The notes under the pieces are model-generated. The model saw only the letters and a program-made list of their open reading frames with translations. It was not told the origin of the DNA and searched no databases. Position numbers and translations under genes: made by a program. This document shows, in pieces, positions 55,501-64,000 of a stretch of 64,000 nucleotides of DNA; positions within the stretch are counted from its first letter, which is position 1; every line of letters starts with the position of its first letter. The stretch is taken from contig OZ024751.1 in the NCBI GenBank assembly GCA_964016885.1, forward strand, positions 1,116,001 through 1,180,000. Direction: 5' to 3'. The DNA is from Eledone cirrhosa. Taxonomy: Eukaryota.

Positions 55501-57356
55501 GTGTTAGGTCCTCAATGTTCCGAGTTCAATTCCCATTACGTTTCATAAGCTAAATACCATTAATTTATTTGGGTCGATTAATTCGACTAAACCGCCCCAC
55601 TACATACCTGTGGACTTGCTTTAATGTAAAATGATGAACTCTCCGTTGAGAATCACATATGAGTGTCCAACTGTTTGATCAATGAAACAACCTTTTCATT
55701 GCATTGGCATGTAAAGTGGCTGAATATTCCACAGTATCGTGTAACATTAACGTAATCCTTAGGTAGAATCATGTGACATCCATATGGCATTGTGGCAGCC
55801 TTCGAATAACATGCTACATGTTACAATATCCATACATTTATATTTCAGCGCAAAAGTGTTCAACTGATGTAACGGAAATTGATGTTCCATTCCAGAAAAT
55901 AACCCAATATATCGAACGAATATTATTGATAGAAAAACCACGTGGATACAAGAAAAATCCTGGAGGAAAAGTATGTTGTTTTCTTCCTAAAGGTTTGCAT
56001 GAAAGTTTTTGAGGGCTTGGTTGAAAATATAAATACAGGTCATGTTAGTATATACATGGACTATCTTAGACACTGTGACCCCGAATGGACGAGCAATACT
56101 GTCACCAGTGTTATTCTATTACCGACAGCTGATGGCCATGGAGATGATTTGTCCTGTTCATGTAACCATCTTTGAGGTGTCTGTGTCTACACATCTACGT
56201 TTTTTGTTCGTCTAACCTTCCCCGTTCCTGTATTTTTTTTACTGTATCTGTTGCCATATTTGAGTACACACACACTTATATATAAAATTATAAGTTTGGG
56301 GAACAGTTACATAAAATTTATCCAGTTTTTCTTCTTAGTCCATAGAAGTCAACTAAGTTTAAAATGTAACTTTGAAGAAATAACAGATATAAGTTATCAA
56401 TATTCCTTTATGAGGAACAGTCAGATAAAATATTTCTTCTTAGTCCGTAGAAATTTACTAAACAATTAATCATTTAAATGGAGCTAATTCTAAGATGTAA
56501 GTTTGAACAAAAAATAGGTTGTGAGTTCAATTCTCAGACCGGGTGATGTGTTGTTTCCTATCATTCCACTGCAAAGTGGTTGTGGAGGTGCCACGGAAAA
56601 AAGCACCCAGCCCACACTGTAAAGTGGACGTGTAGGTGCCACGGTAAAAAAGCACCCAGCATTCACTGTAAATGAGGTTGGTGTTAGGAAGGGCATCCAG
56701 CTGTAGAAATCAAGCCAAATCAGTTCCTGTATGAGCAAGCCAAGGTCAGCCGACCGGACACTGCTCACAACAGGACAACCCGTCTAACCCATGCTAGCGT
56801 GGAAGAACGGACGTAAAACGGTGATGATGATGATGATGATGATTACCAAAACATCTCCTAGTCCCGACTGTCGACAGTTTCGCACGTACTTTGTGGAAAT
56901 GTCTAATCATTGCATTATCCATGAGGCTCCGAGCTTATCAAGAGACACACACACATATGTATGTGTGAGTGTGTGTGTGTGAGAGTGTGTGTGTACGTCT
57001 TTCTCTCTCTCTCTCTCTGTATATGTATGAATGTTTTTCTTTGAAAGATGTTAGATTGAAAACTCGAATGTGTTCAATTTTGATCTTTCTTTTATTATAT
57101 ATATATCTTATATACCTATTAGGTTTTTAACATGGTAGTCGATATGGTCTTTAAAGTGATGCTTTGTTATTTTATTTACGTCATCAATGGATTATTTATC
57201 TTCAAATGTCTTTTGCTTTGTTTTTTTTTTGCAGAAATTACCATTTGATATTCAAGGGAAACTCGGCCATTTTGAAGTTTTGTTAAAAAATAAGTTTTTT
57301 ATATTGAATGTTATAAAAGCAATGGAGAGGAAAAAAAACATTTGTTACAATGAAAA
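2901..57356 (+). CDS. Spliced gene, 15 coding exons in window, 3' incomplete: divergent plexin-like type I membrane receptor
   Basis: Fifteen AG/GT-flanked exons with matching phases give 1769 coding nt without a stop. Signal peptide, IPT-like motifs, TM helix, then [15 protein letters not shown] and [22 protein letters not shown], which resemble recalled plexin IPFLDYRTYAMRVLF and LKLFAQLINNKVFLLSFIRTLE. Confidence 0.85.
2903..3085 (+). CDS. Plexin-like exon 1 (signal peptide [18 protein letters not shown]...SDKNK)
   Basis: Acceptor ttcttttctttctatttcag|GA at 2900/2901, ATG 2903, hydrophobic N-terminus, donor AAG|gtaac at 3086, phase 0. The acceptor implies an upstream exon. Confidence 0.75.
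3285..4075 (+). mobile_element. Decayed RTE-type LINE internal fragment
   Basis: [28 protein letters not shown] upstream-of-RT motif near 3930-4020. Confidence 0.7.
4083..4531. mobile_element. Putative piggyBac-like MITE with an inserted fragment; its right end recurs at about 1245-1328
   Basis: TTAA-bounded ends (ttaactcttt ... aaaaggttaa); about 80 bp similar to 1245-1328, which ends aaagggttaa. Confidence 0.4.
4960..6068 (+). mobile_element. RTE LINE 3' half, decayed
   Basis: [15 protein letters not shown], Cys-rich insert, 3' (GAT) tail. Confidence 0.85.
6146..7050 (+). mobile_element. Penelope-like element 3' fragment with GIY-YIG endonuclease (ORF 6229-6762)
   Basis: VYSIRC...C...[16 protein letters not shown]...HQH...H...R.ITEAINI...LNRKHE; preceded by (TA)n. 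Confidence 0.9.
6961..7003 (+). ncRNA. Minimal type I hammerhead ribozyme motif (U4C variant) in the Penelope 3' region
   Basis: gtca-CCGAAGA-g-gtcaca(gaatg)tgtgac-GAA-AG(aa)CT-T-tgac: stems I, II and III all pair. Confidence 0.6.
7234..7338. repeat. Fold-back palindrome, about 50-bp arms
   Basis: tattaggattggtgctctgaaatagcgatgtatacatgaatgtatgtata and its near-perfect reverse complement. Confidence 0.9.
8438..11484. repeat. 53-bp minisatellite, about 57 copies
   Basis: Unit ggactgtagctacagtgggggactgttgtatgaggtactagtgtcacaatata; starts at 8438, 8491, 8544. Confidence 0.97.
11547..11609 (+). CDS. Plexin-like exon 2 ([21 protein letters not shown])
   Basis: ttattacag| ... |gtaagt, 63 nt, phase 0-0, open frame. 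Confidence 0.7.
11780..12110. repeat. Degenerate short tandem repeat (gatgtcttagatagtact-like, 14-18 bp)
   Basis: Recurrent gatgtcttag core. Confidence 0.85.
12150..12230 (+). CDS. Plexin-like exon 3 ([27 protein letters not shown])
   Basis: ctctttctcttttcacag| ... |gtaagt, 81 nt, phase 0-0. Confidence 0.8.
12240..13120. repeat. 30-bp minisatellite, about 29 copies
   Basis: Unit tgattgttagtgaacatataccagaatatc. Confidence 0.97.
13179..14397. repeat. 29-bp minisatellite, about 42 copies
   Basis: Unit cacatctggtcaacttcatcttgctgccc. Confidence 0.97.
14644..14730 (+). CDS. Plexin-like exon 4 ([29 protein letters not shown])
   Basis: cattttcttctag| ... AAG|gttagt, 87 nt, phase 0-0. Confidence 0.75.
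14770..15091. mobile_element. hAT-type MITE with 8-bp target site duplication
   Basis: TIRs cagatgttctcaaa / tttgagaacctctg; aaatagag at both 14762-14769 and 15092-15099. Confidence 0.85.
15105..15505 (+). mobile_element. Two tandem tRNA-derived SINEs
   Basis: A-box tggcagtatcgg, B-box gagttcaaatcc, body gaggttagctttgc...gataaaataaagtaccag...tactgggg; similar copies elsewhere in window. Confidence 0.8.
15535..19047. repeat. 61-bp minisatellite, about 57 copies
   Basis: Unit atgctggtaacaacaccttaaaggaaattagtcaatcatatctatcccctgtacttcagcc. Confidence 0.97.
19167..19476 (-). mobile_element. tRNA-derived SINE, second family
   Basis: Minus strand reads tagtggttagagcatcaggcttacaatcacaaggttgtgagttcgattctc (A/B boxes); related to 24400-24530 and 58187-58430. 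Confidence 0.75.
20183..20450. mobile_element. Unclassified interspersed repeat; inverted homolog at 27271-27487
   Basis: tggtgtccttggacctag...gggagttcggctcccctgtattcggacct resembles the reverse complement of aggtcctaacacaaaggaaccaaactccca...ctagggccaagaacacca. Confidence 0.6.
20617..20721 (+). CDS. Plexin-like exon 5 ([35 protein letters not shown])
   Basis: Weak acceptor gttttattcaaaaaag|, strong donor AAG|gtgagt, 105 nt, phase 0-0. Confidence 0.65.
21282..21686 (-). mobile_element. 3' fragment of the R4-like LINE family at 60385-63960
   Basis: Strongly similar to 60388-60785. Confidence 0.85.
21940..21983 (+). CDS. Plexin-like exon 6 ([14 protein letters not shown])
   Basis: Long polypyrimidine tract ttcttccag| ... 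AAG|gtgag, 44 nt, phase 0-2. Confidence 0.8.
22311..22351 (+). ncRNA. Minimal hammerhead ribozyme motif in a short fold-back element (22261-22450)
   Basis: gag-CTGATGA-t-cct(ttg)agg-t-GAA-AC(aaatt)GT-T-ctc. Confidence 0.6.
22836..23095 (-). mobile_element. RTE-like 3'-end repeat; copies at about 25140-25340, 26310-26495 and 27665-27970
   Basis: Shared ggggtagaccccgagcaagatggttggataa...ggaataagtgggcg motifs (GRPRARW.D). Confidence 0.7.
23186..23219 (+). CDS. Plexin-like exon 7 ([12 protein letters not shown])
   Basis: ttgttatttctag| ... AAG|gtgagt, 34 nt, phase 2-0; restores the frame after exon 6. Confidence 0.8.
23675..23810. repeat. (CAC/CCA)n low-complexity tract
   Basis: Direct reading. 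Confidence 0.9.
23972..24135 (+). CDS. Plexin-like exon 8 ([13 protein letters not shown]...RKCIKTTPI)
   Basis: tatttcaatag| ... AA|gtaagt, 164 nt, phase 0-2. Confidence 0.75.
24175..24368 (+). mobile_element. tRNA-derived SINE
   Basis: ggcggtggattggcagtatcgg...gagttcaaatcc; very similar to 57596-57810. Confidence 0.8.
24888..25040 (+). CDS. Plexin-like exon 9 (NMTIQCLLP...[20 protein letters not shown]; IPT boundary)
   Basis: ttttgtag| ... TG|gtaagt, 153 nt, phase 2-2; [10 protein letters not shown] is a typical IPT/TIG junction. Confidence 0.85.
25047..25138. repeat. (CTT)n(CCT)n microsatellite directly after the exon 9 donor
   Basis: Direct reading. Confidence 0.95.
26845..27268 (+). 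mobile_element. Two tandem tRNA-derived SINEs
   Basis: Same motifs and junction as 15105-15505. Confidence 0.8.
27537..27606 (+). CDS. Plexin-like exon 10 ([24 protein letters not shown])
   Basis: ttctatcatgtttcag| ... GGG|gtaaga, 70 nt, phase 2-0; [10 protein letters not shown] fits the IPT T.LTITG.NF motif. Confidence 0.85.
28310..28968. repeat. Degenerate minisatellite (cactgcctcactgtctcattatagagactgtcc core)
   Basis: Recurrent cattatagagactgtcc and cactg subunits. Confidence 0.9.
29038..29828. repeat. G-rich minisatellite taatgtggtaggtatagat(ggt)n gggg, about 38-60 bp units
   Basis: Direct reading; variable GGT count per unit. Confidence 0.95.
29898..30101 (+). CDS. Plexin-like exon 11 (LFNCSIYP...TIQCQL...FNYTIYDYP...TVVVY)
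   Basis: tttatgtttcag| ... |gtaagt, 204 nt, phase 0-0, IPT Cys pair. Confidence 0.85.
30695..31615 (+). mobile_element. RTE LINE 3' end with 3' UTR and (GAT)n tail
   Basis: KGRLYDAC...HGSETWAL...GRPRKTW; near-identical family copy at 53096-53858. Confidence 0.85.
31909..31973 (-). ncRNA. Mirror-image hammerhead ribozyme on the left arm
   Basis: Reverse complement of 32111-32175. Confidence 0.75.
32111..32175 (+). ncRNA. Type I hammerhead ribozyme, predicted cleavage after AUA at 32167
   Basis: tattttat-CTGATGA-aag(c)acacca[loop]tggtgt(c)ctt-GAA-ATA(tg)TAT-A-atgaaata; intact core, 8-bp stem I. Confidence 0.75.
33274..33408. repeat. Shorter palindrome of the same family (55-bp arms) in (TA)n
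   Basis: Shares aaatggaaactatatttataaaaccatatttattt...tttcaagg with 31879-31932. Confidence 0.9.
33628..37125 (-). mobile_element. Near full-length decayed RTE LINE (APE endonuclease + RT)
   Basis: ATLNVGTL...CLQEVRW...AYAP...AGDFNGH; [12 protein letters not shown]; HQGSVLSP...YADD; several frameshifts; (GAT)n tail. Confidence 0.92.
37670..38475 (-). mobile_element. Probable L1/Tx1 5'/ORF1 fragment with (AAC)n expansion
   Basis: Thr/Asn-rich low-complexity frame resembling the ORF1 N-terminus at 51160-51620. Confidence 0.45.
38544..38832 (+). mobile_element. 5'-truncated R4/Dong copy inside (AAT)n
   Basis: Near-identical to 43203-43465, flanked by (AAT)n on both sides. Confidence 0.9.
39520..43465 (+). 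mobile_element. Near-intact R4/Dong-type non-LTR retrotransposon (RT + CCHC + restriction-like endonuclease)
   Basis: ORFs 39680-40714 and 40912-43329: [45 protein letters not shown]...IDMSVP...KLSKY. Confidence 0.92.
43466..46755 (-). mobile_element. L1/Tx1-clade LINE copy A (ORF1 end, ORF2 from 46047 with APE and RT, frameshifted)
   Basis: [56 protein letters not shown]. Confidence 0.9.
46756..51760 (-). mobile_element. L1/Tx1-clade LINE copy B (ORF1 with CCHC knuckle, ORF2 with internal deletion near 49800)
   Basis: [14 protein letters not shown] (CX2CX4HX4C); RT motifs at 48022-49077; homologous to copy A. Confidence 0.88.
51838..52432 (-). mobile_element. L1/Tx1 copy C, 3' end with AATAAA and A-rich tail
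   Basis: Homologous to 46760-47318; minus strand ends gccaataaaaaaac. Confidence 0.85.
52511..52820 (+). mobile_element. 5'-truncated R4/Dong copy inside (AAT)n
   Basis: [16 protein letters not shown]; homologous to 43115-43465. Confidence 0.9.
52859..53008 (+). CDS. Plexin-like exon 12 ([34 protein letters not shown]...; membrane-proximal IPT)
   Basis: ttattgtgcag| ... ATG|gtaaga, 150 nt, phase 0-0; G..LN...Y.V.V....C.I..LS.NQL.C resembles the last plexin IPT. Confidence 0.85.
53096..53858 (+). mobile_element. RTE LINE 3' end, same family as 30695-31615
   Basis: [19 protein letters not shown]...GRPRKTW, shared 3' UTR. Confidence 0.85.
53861..54482. repeat. Inverted repeat (about 145-bp arms) enclosing a possible MITE at 54058-54324
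   Basis: 53861-54005 is approximately the reverse complement of 54338-54482; inner element begins cagtgg and ends cccctg between TA runs. Confidence 0.85.
55176..55362 (+). CDS. Plexin-like exon 13 (TM helix [22 protein letters not shown] followed by KYR)
   Basis: ttctctgtttcacag| ... G|gtaaag, 187 nt, phase 0-1; about 22 hydrophobic residues then basic stop-transfer residues. Confidence 0.9.
55849..55970 (+). CDS. Plexin-like exon 14 ([27 protein letters not shown]...)
   Basis: ttatatttcag| ... |gtatgt, 122 nt, phase 1-0; plexin IPF..Y..Y..R.L motif. Confidence 0.85.
57235..57356 (+). CDS. Plexin-like exon 15 ([34 protein letters not shown]...; start of GAP region)
   Basis: (t)n gcag| ... 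AA|gtaagt, 122 nt, phase 0-2; F..LL.NK.F...I..E plexin motif. Confidence 0.85.
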
Positions 57357-57364
57357 GTAAGTGA

Positions 57365-58072
57365 ACCGTTATTGGCAGTATTGTTAGAGTATAGTATTTG
57401 TCTTGGATCTTTACGTTCTGAGATCAAATTCCGCCGAGGTTAATTTTGCTCTTTACCTTTCTGGTTTTGATATAATAAGTTACCAGTAAAGTACTGGTAA
57501 TTTAGTATATCTCCACCTTCCCATCTAAATAAAGTTGGCCTTGTACCTAAATTAGAAACATTACATGTACTAAATCAATATAATGTTTAAAATGAAGGCG
57601 GTGGATTGGCAGAATCGGTAGAGTTGGACAACATGCTTTGCAGCATAGAGTTACGGCCCTTTACGTTATGAGTTAAAATCCCTGAGGTTAGCTTTGCCTT
57701 TCATCCCTACGGAGTCGATAAAATAAAGCACCAGTAATGCACTGGGGTTGATTTAATCAACATTACTCTCCCCACATTCTGATTTATGCCTAAATCAAAA
57801 CCTATTATTGTTGTGAGGGCGGTGAATTAGCAGAATATAATGTCTTACGGCATGGGCTCCTAGTCTCTATATGTCCTTCTGATAAAATTAAGTACTAGTC
57901 AAATACTGGTGTCGATGTGATCAACTTTCCCCTTCTTCTTAATTGCTAGCCTTGTGCCTATGTTAGAAATAGAGAGAGTCTGCGGACCTGAGACCGGGGA
58001 GACCACTAACCATTGGAGTACTCAATGCATGCAGAGATGCGGTTTCGACTAGGTGCCGCAGTCAGGATTATA

Positions 58073-58107
<35 letters not shown>

Positions 58108-58430
58108 ATACACAAGTCCAACACCCTTACCACTTGGCTACGCGATTCTACACACACACATACATATATATATATATGTATGGAAGCGCGTAGCCTAGTG
58201 GTAAGGGTGTTGGACTTATCACCGTAACATCGTGGGTTCAATTCCTGGGTTGTGTGTTGTGGTTTTGTTCATGTTGCTCCAGTATACTCAACTGCAAATA
58301 AATAACCATGTGATGGACTGGCGTCTAGGGGTGAGTGTTGCATTTTGAGTCACTTAACGGCATTGAAACTGGAATAAGCAGCGGCCTGATGAACCTGCAG
58401 GCTTGAGACAGACTTTATACTTAGTTATAT
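57365..58430 (+). mobile_element. Cluster of about four tRNA-derived SINEs
   Basis: Repeated A/B boxes and SINE body motifs at about 57370, 57596, 57816 and 58187. Confidence 0.75.
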
Positions 58431-58859
58431 GTATATGTATGATGGGGTCCATAGGTTTGAGGACAGTCGCACGAGAAGATCAAATGTGCGTAAGCAATGC
58501 CCATTGAATTGGTGAGCCCTGAGTGTGGAAAGATTTGCTTGAGCAAAACTGGTCTCAGGAGCCACAGTCGCAGCCATGTTCAGAGAGAACCAGTGAACTA
58601 CGATCTCCACAGTAATGTGAAGGTTCACAGGCAACCTGTACAAGATCTGAGGCCAGGGAGATCCATAGTTGTCGTCAATGTGTGAAGGAGTGCAAATCTT
58701 TAGTAGGCTTGAAAAGTCATATTTGAGTATCACACATTTGAATCTGCCAAACGTTTGCAAAACACTTAGCAGCCATCATACATGTATGCACGCATGCATG
58801 TATGTATGCAAGTATATATGTATGTATGTTTCTCTTTCTCTTAAATTCGAGTACATTTT

Positions 58860-60382
58860 TGACCGGCCACCTTCCTGGTGGCAAGGTTGTAAAAGAAAAG
58901 AAATTGTCATCCCTTGAATCGCAAGAATGTTTTGCAAATTTTGAAGGTGCCAGTTATTGCAGCCATTTGTAGTCTGTGAATTAGGGAGCTGCGCTCTTTG
59001 TCCACAAATACAAGTTCAGTTATACTTTGGTCCAAGCGGGTTGGTATATAACCCGTAGCTCCAATAATGATGGGTATCAAGCTAAAGGTGTATCTTGGAT
59101 ACTGGATCTGTAAACTCCTCATCAATGGTCCGTAGTTGTCCTCCTTCTCTTGTATTTTTCTGACAACGTTTACATCAAGTGGGCAGCTGATCTCTACAAC
59201 AGAGCACATGTTCAATGTGTGGTCCCAAATAACAATATCAGGCCGGTTGTGCTTTAATTTGGAGGCAGTTTTTATTTTCAGGTTCCACCAGTATTCCTTA
59301 GTGCCACCTATCTCAACATATTCCTCCTCATTGGTTCTAGCTATCCCATCGTGTCGCATGTGCAGGTAGTAGTGAGATGACATTCTTTCACAGTTGGCAA
59401 CAGTGTGGCTTACATCTATGATCTTTGTTTTACGAAGCCTACATTTATTGTTGACTGATGGCCCTCCTCTTTTGTTTAGCAGATATTTAGTAGGGATTTC
59501 TTGTTCCAGTATTGCATAGAGACATCCTTCAAGGTGGGATGTCATAAACTTGTTGGAACTCCATGCCAGGTTTTTGAATGATTTATCCGCTCTATGGTTT
59601 GTGTTTTTTGTCTCAGATACCCATGCACAACTTTCTCTGTAAGTTGGTCCATTTTTCTATCTTGTTCGAGCATTAAATATGATCTTCCAATTTCCCAGGG
59701 AGAGAGATTTATATCAGGCCTTATTCCCTATCTTTCATCCAGATCAGTGGCTATCCTAATGATATCATTTCCTTCATGCTCATAGACCCGGCAAGATGGT
59801 TGCTCACCTTTTTCTTCTGTTGAAAATGTTGCTTCAGTGTTACTATTGGGGTCTCAAATTATGTTAATATGGATTTTAGACCCCGGCCACCTTCCTTGCG
59901 TGAGAAGTATAGCCTATCAACATCATCATTCATGTTAAAGTTTCCAGTAACACTGAGAAGCTTGTGAGTTCTTACATCCATCTTACTTAGTTATTGCAAT
60001 GACCAGTTCAGCAGACCAAATGTTGGTGTTAGGATTCGCATAGCATACTTATTGTGGGCAATGTATTTGTTGTATGCTGATAGTTCCGTTGACCATATTT
60101 TCTTTACTCTCCTGAGGTATTCAGTTATGGGTCCACCATATCTGACATTCTCATCCTGTCCAAGATATCTGTAGAGGTTGTATTGTCGAACCGTTCATCT
60201 CTATATTTCCAGAGAAGGGCACAACCCTTCCACGTTTTACTGTCAAATATGCACCTTTGGACTCACCTAATTTCATTCTGATGTCTGCAGAAAATTGTGT
60301 GATGAGGTCCAATTGTTTTTTTAATATAGTTGATATTTGGCCCATACAACTTTAGGTCATCAACAAAGAAAAGATGGGAGAT
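58860..60382 (-). mobile_element. Decayed R4-like RLE LINE, 3' half
   Basis: QEIPTKY, RHD, HNRPDIVIWD...VEISCP...KEDNY; FFVDDL near 60360. Confidence 0.85.
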
Positions 60383-60384
60383 AT

Positions 60385-63300
60385 GTATGTATATATGTTC
60401 TTCTGGTTTTATAATTTCACAAATGTTTGCCAATAGAGAGAGTCGGTTTCTAACATAGATACAAGATTCTCTTATTGGAATTTACACATCAGCTAGGTAG
60501 ATATGTCTGCATGTCTGTATGCATGCATGTGTGTGCAGGTATGGATGTGGTTGTATGTGTCTATGTGTATGTTTTGAGTTATATGTGTATCTGTACAAGT
60601 GTATATGCAATTAGATGCAGAATTTTTGGAATGTTTTACATATTTTTAGTGTTCCATTAATGGATTGTACTTGTAATTTCCTAACTAATTGTGTTCTTTC
60701 TGTTTCTGTGATGCCCAACTTCTCAAGATTTATATTGAGGCAGTTACTAACACATCCCAGTGCCCCAATAAATCTGAAGGTATAGTGAGGGTGGAGTATC
60801 TGCAGATTTCTCATTAGTTCTGCATAGATATTCTCCTTTTCGCCAATCTTTAATATTATATTCCACTACTACTAAATTCCACTACTGTGTATGCCTTCTT
60901 TTCCCTGTCCCATATCATTATATCTGGTCTGTTATGTCTGCATTTTATTGGGGTTTTTACTGGAACATTCCACCAATACTCTTTCATATTGTATATATGT
61001 ATGTCTTCCACATTGCTGTAGCTTTTAATGCGTTTATTGTCAGGGCTATCTTTTCTATGGATTGCATTGTACAGTGTTTTGGATAATGCTTCATAGGTAG
61101 ATAGTACCATCATGACAACTTTGGACAGCTGCTTATGACGTGGGTGACATCTTCAATGTTAATTCTGAAGAGTCTGCACTTGTCACATCTAGGTGTGTTG
61201 CCTGCATCCCTATCTCGTTTGTGAATCAGGTATTTTGTGTTGATTTCTTGTTCTTGGATTGCAAAAGCGTATCCTTCAAAGTGAGAGATAATATAGCGGT
61301 TGTTGGTCCAAGTTAGACTACTTTCCTTATCTATATTACTCTCACTCTGGAGCTTCCTGGCAACATATCCATGCATGAATTTTTGCTGATAAGCATGCAG
61401 TTTTTCATCCATGGATTCACTGCGATATTGCTGAGCAATTTCTCTGGGTTTAAGTTTTTGATTATCACACAGGGAATATCTCTCGAGGAGTTGCTTCCCA
61501 ACTCTCATGATCTTATGTGTGTCATGCAGATAGACTTTCTTAATAAATGGGTTTTCAGGTTTGTAAATCTTGTCAATGAGACACTCAAATGTTGTCTGGA
61601 CTGATGTTAGGCCTCTGCCTCTCTGCTTACGTTCCAAGTAAAGGAGGCCTATGTCACTGTTGATGTGGAAGTTTCCGGTGTTGTTTAGAACTTTTTGAGT
61701 TTTAACATCAATTGCGCTGATTTCGTCTATCATCCAATTGAGTATTCCAAACGTTGGTGTTAGGACAGGCACAGCAAACACATTGTGAGCCACTGTTTTA
61801 TTGTGCGCAGAGAGTTCTGATAACCATATTTTTCTTAATTAGGTGTAATATTCCCTGGTTACGTGTTCCTTATTACAAATATCATTATAGGATATGTTCT
61901 CATCTATCCCCAGGTATCTGTAGCAGTCCTTGTCAGATATCGGTGAAACAGTTAGGCCATTGATAAAAATGTTGCTAGATTGGGTTGTTGTTTTTCCCCA
62001 CTTTACAATCCTTTGAGAATGTTGTAACCAGGACAAGATTTTTCTTCATCCCATCTATGTTCTTGGCATAGAGTTTCAGGTCACCCACAAAGAAATGATG
62101 GGTTAAGTTCGTATTTCTGTCCTCCTGTGAGCCAGTGATGTATCCTTTACATTTATTGAGCAGAAAGGACAAGGGGTTTAACGACAGCATAAATAGTAGC
62201 ATAGAGAGACTGTCTCCTTGAAATATACCTCTATGAAATTCTATTTTATCAGTGATCTTTTTAACTTTAGGATAGTAGCCCAAGAAGATAGCTTCTCTAT
62301 GGCCCTGATAATAATGTCTGGGACTTTAGCAAGTCGGAGGGCCTCTATCATCCAAGAGTAGGAAACAGAATCAAAAGTTTTCCTGTTGTCCAGCCAGACT
62401 GTAACCATATTCTTCCCAAGTTGTCACACCTCCAACATCGCAGTTTTGTTGATTAGGAGTTGTTCAGCACACCCTCAAACACCTTTCTTTCCAGCTGCTT
62501 GTTCATCTGTGATGATGTTATTATTTTCACAGGGATCTTGGAGAAATACGTTCAGGAAGGCTGTATACCTCTTATATATCAGGTTCTGGCATGCAATGCG
62601 TCGGTAGTTTTTTGCCAGTGGATGTCTTTGTTCTTGGGGACCAGTATTGTTTGTGCCAATGTCAACCATTCTGGTATATGTGTATCTCCCTAGAGAACTT
62701 GTTGGTAGAAGTCGATAAGATACATCCGATAGAATATCAGAATTTTGTACCAGTAGCCGACAATCATATCTCTTCCTGGTGGTTTCTTATCTTGGAGTTT
62801 TCCTATCACAGTCTCAAGGGTATCCTCATTTATTTCGTATGTTTTTGTTGTAGTGTAGGGGCAATAGTTCTTTTGTATTTCTTTTAGTCACACTGCATCT
62901 TGGCTGAAATTCTTCTTTTCACCCCATATTTTTCTCCAAAAGGAATCTGTCTTTCTGGGATGGGGCCTCAATGACATTTATTACTTTGCCCTTCATATCT
63001 CTATAGACTGATGTTTGGTTTCATCTGAATCTTTTATTAAGTACTTTTCTTAGGTATTGGCGTTTCTCGCTGACAGCTCTCAATTCTTGTTTGAAGAGTT
63101 CTGGTTGTACTGTCACAAACATCGTTTCTATTTTATTTTTCACTCTTTGTTGGTAAGGAGTGAGGTTTTTTTGTGTTTGTTTGCATGTCACATATCCTAT
63201 AGTTTTTCGTAGGTCAGCAACCTTTTTTTCTATTTTAGTTATATATGATGGTATTTCTTGTGGTGTTTTGGTCTTGTTAATATCTTGTTAATATCCAAGA

Positions 63301-63960
63301 TAATGCTTCACAGTCGTTGCTAGGGAATATAAACAGGCGTTGATTTGCCAAAATGTGGGGGTTTTAATCCGTCGTAAATATTAATCCCCTATTTCGTCAA
63401 TAGCACGTAAGATTTCATTATTTGGTTTTATTTTATTTAGTATTGTTGTTTTATTACGTTCAGCAAGAGAAATGTTTATATATGAATTAATTTCTCTCTG
63501 GTAGATTTCGTTGAGGGAAAATTTCAGTTGTTTATACCTTTGATTATTATTAGCGATAATGTTTTCCACAACAGTCGAGGCAGACTTAGATTGTACACAT
63601 GGTGTCAAATTTCTTACGGGCATAGTTGTTTCAAGACGCTGTTCAACCTGGCTATGAGGAAGTCTAGTAGCATGGCGACCTGTAGCACGTGTTGTTGATA
63701 ACATGTTTGTTCTGGGGGTCTTACAATTAATAATATTTATCTTATTTTTACGTTCAACAGACGTCGCTTGTTGGTGTAATTGTTTCGCTGTGAAGTGATT
63801 TAGCTCTGGGTGCATTTCGTCCCAGTGTAGCTTCATTCTGTTCATATAGCCAACGGAGGGATTTTTTTCACCATTTTATAGCAATTAAATAAATCATCAT
63901 TAAGTTCGCAACTCCAAGAGAAATGCGCTTTATAATTTCGGTTTCTTCTGTAGCTACAAC
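60385..63960 (-). mobile_element. Decayed near full-length R4-like RLE LINE
   Basis: [35 protein letters not shown]...EDVTHVISSC, HNRPDIMIWD; many frameshifts. Confidence 0.88.
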
Positions 63961-64000
63961 TGAATAAACTTTGTTTACCTTTCTCATTGATTTTCTCACT

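Noticed and set aside
2903-57356. MET/RON-type receptor kinase identity
   Set aside because: Post-TM exons match plexin cytoplasmic motifs and no kinase motifs are visible.
58469-58600. Possible exon 16 or C2H2 finger gene (ECGKICLSKTGLRSHSRSH)
   Set aside because: Does not resemble the expected plexin continuation; more likely the C-terminal zinc finger of an RTE-BovB-like LINE remnant.

Overview
Eukaryotic, AT-rich, repeat-dense DNA, most likely from an octopus or other cephalopod (inferred from the SINE family and microsatellite content). One + strand gene spans almost the whole window. Fifteen GT-AG exons (2901-57356) join in consistent phase into about 589 aa: signal peptide, heavily N-glycosylated ectodomain of about 465 aa with 2-3 IPT/TIG-like domains, one TM helix and the start of a plexin-type cytoplasmic domain. 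It reads as a divergent plexin-like receptor without a full Sema domain; the gene continues beyond the window. Introns contain minisatellites (53, 30, 29 and 61 bp units), tRNA-derived SINEs, RTE, L1/Tx1 and R4/Dong LINEs (one near-intact), a Penelope GIY-YIG fragment and MITEs. Several short fold-back elements sit in (TA)n tracts and carry minimal hammerhead ribozyme motifs, including a ~350-bp palindrome with one complete hammerhead per arm. All calls are by eye; no searches were run.
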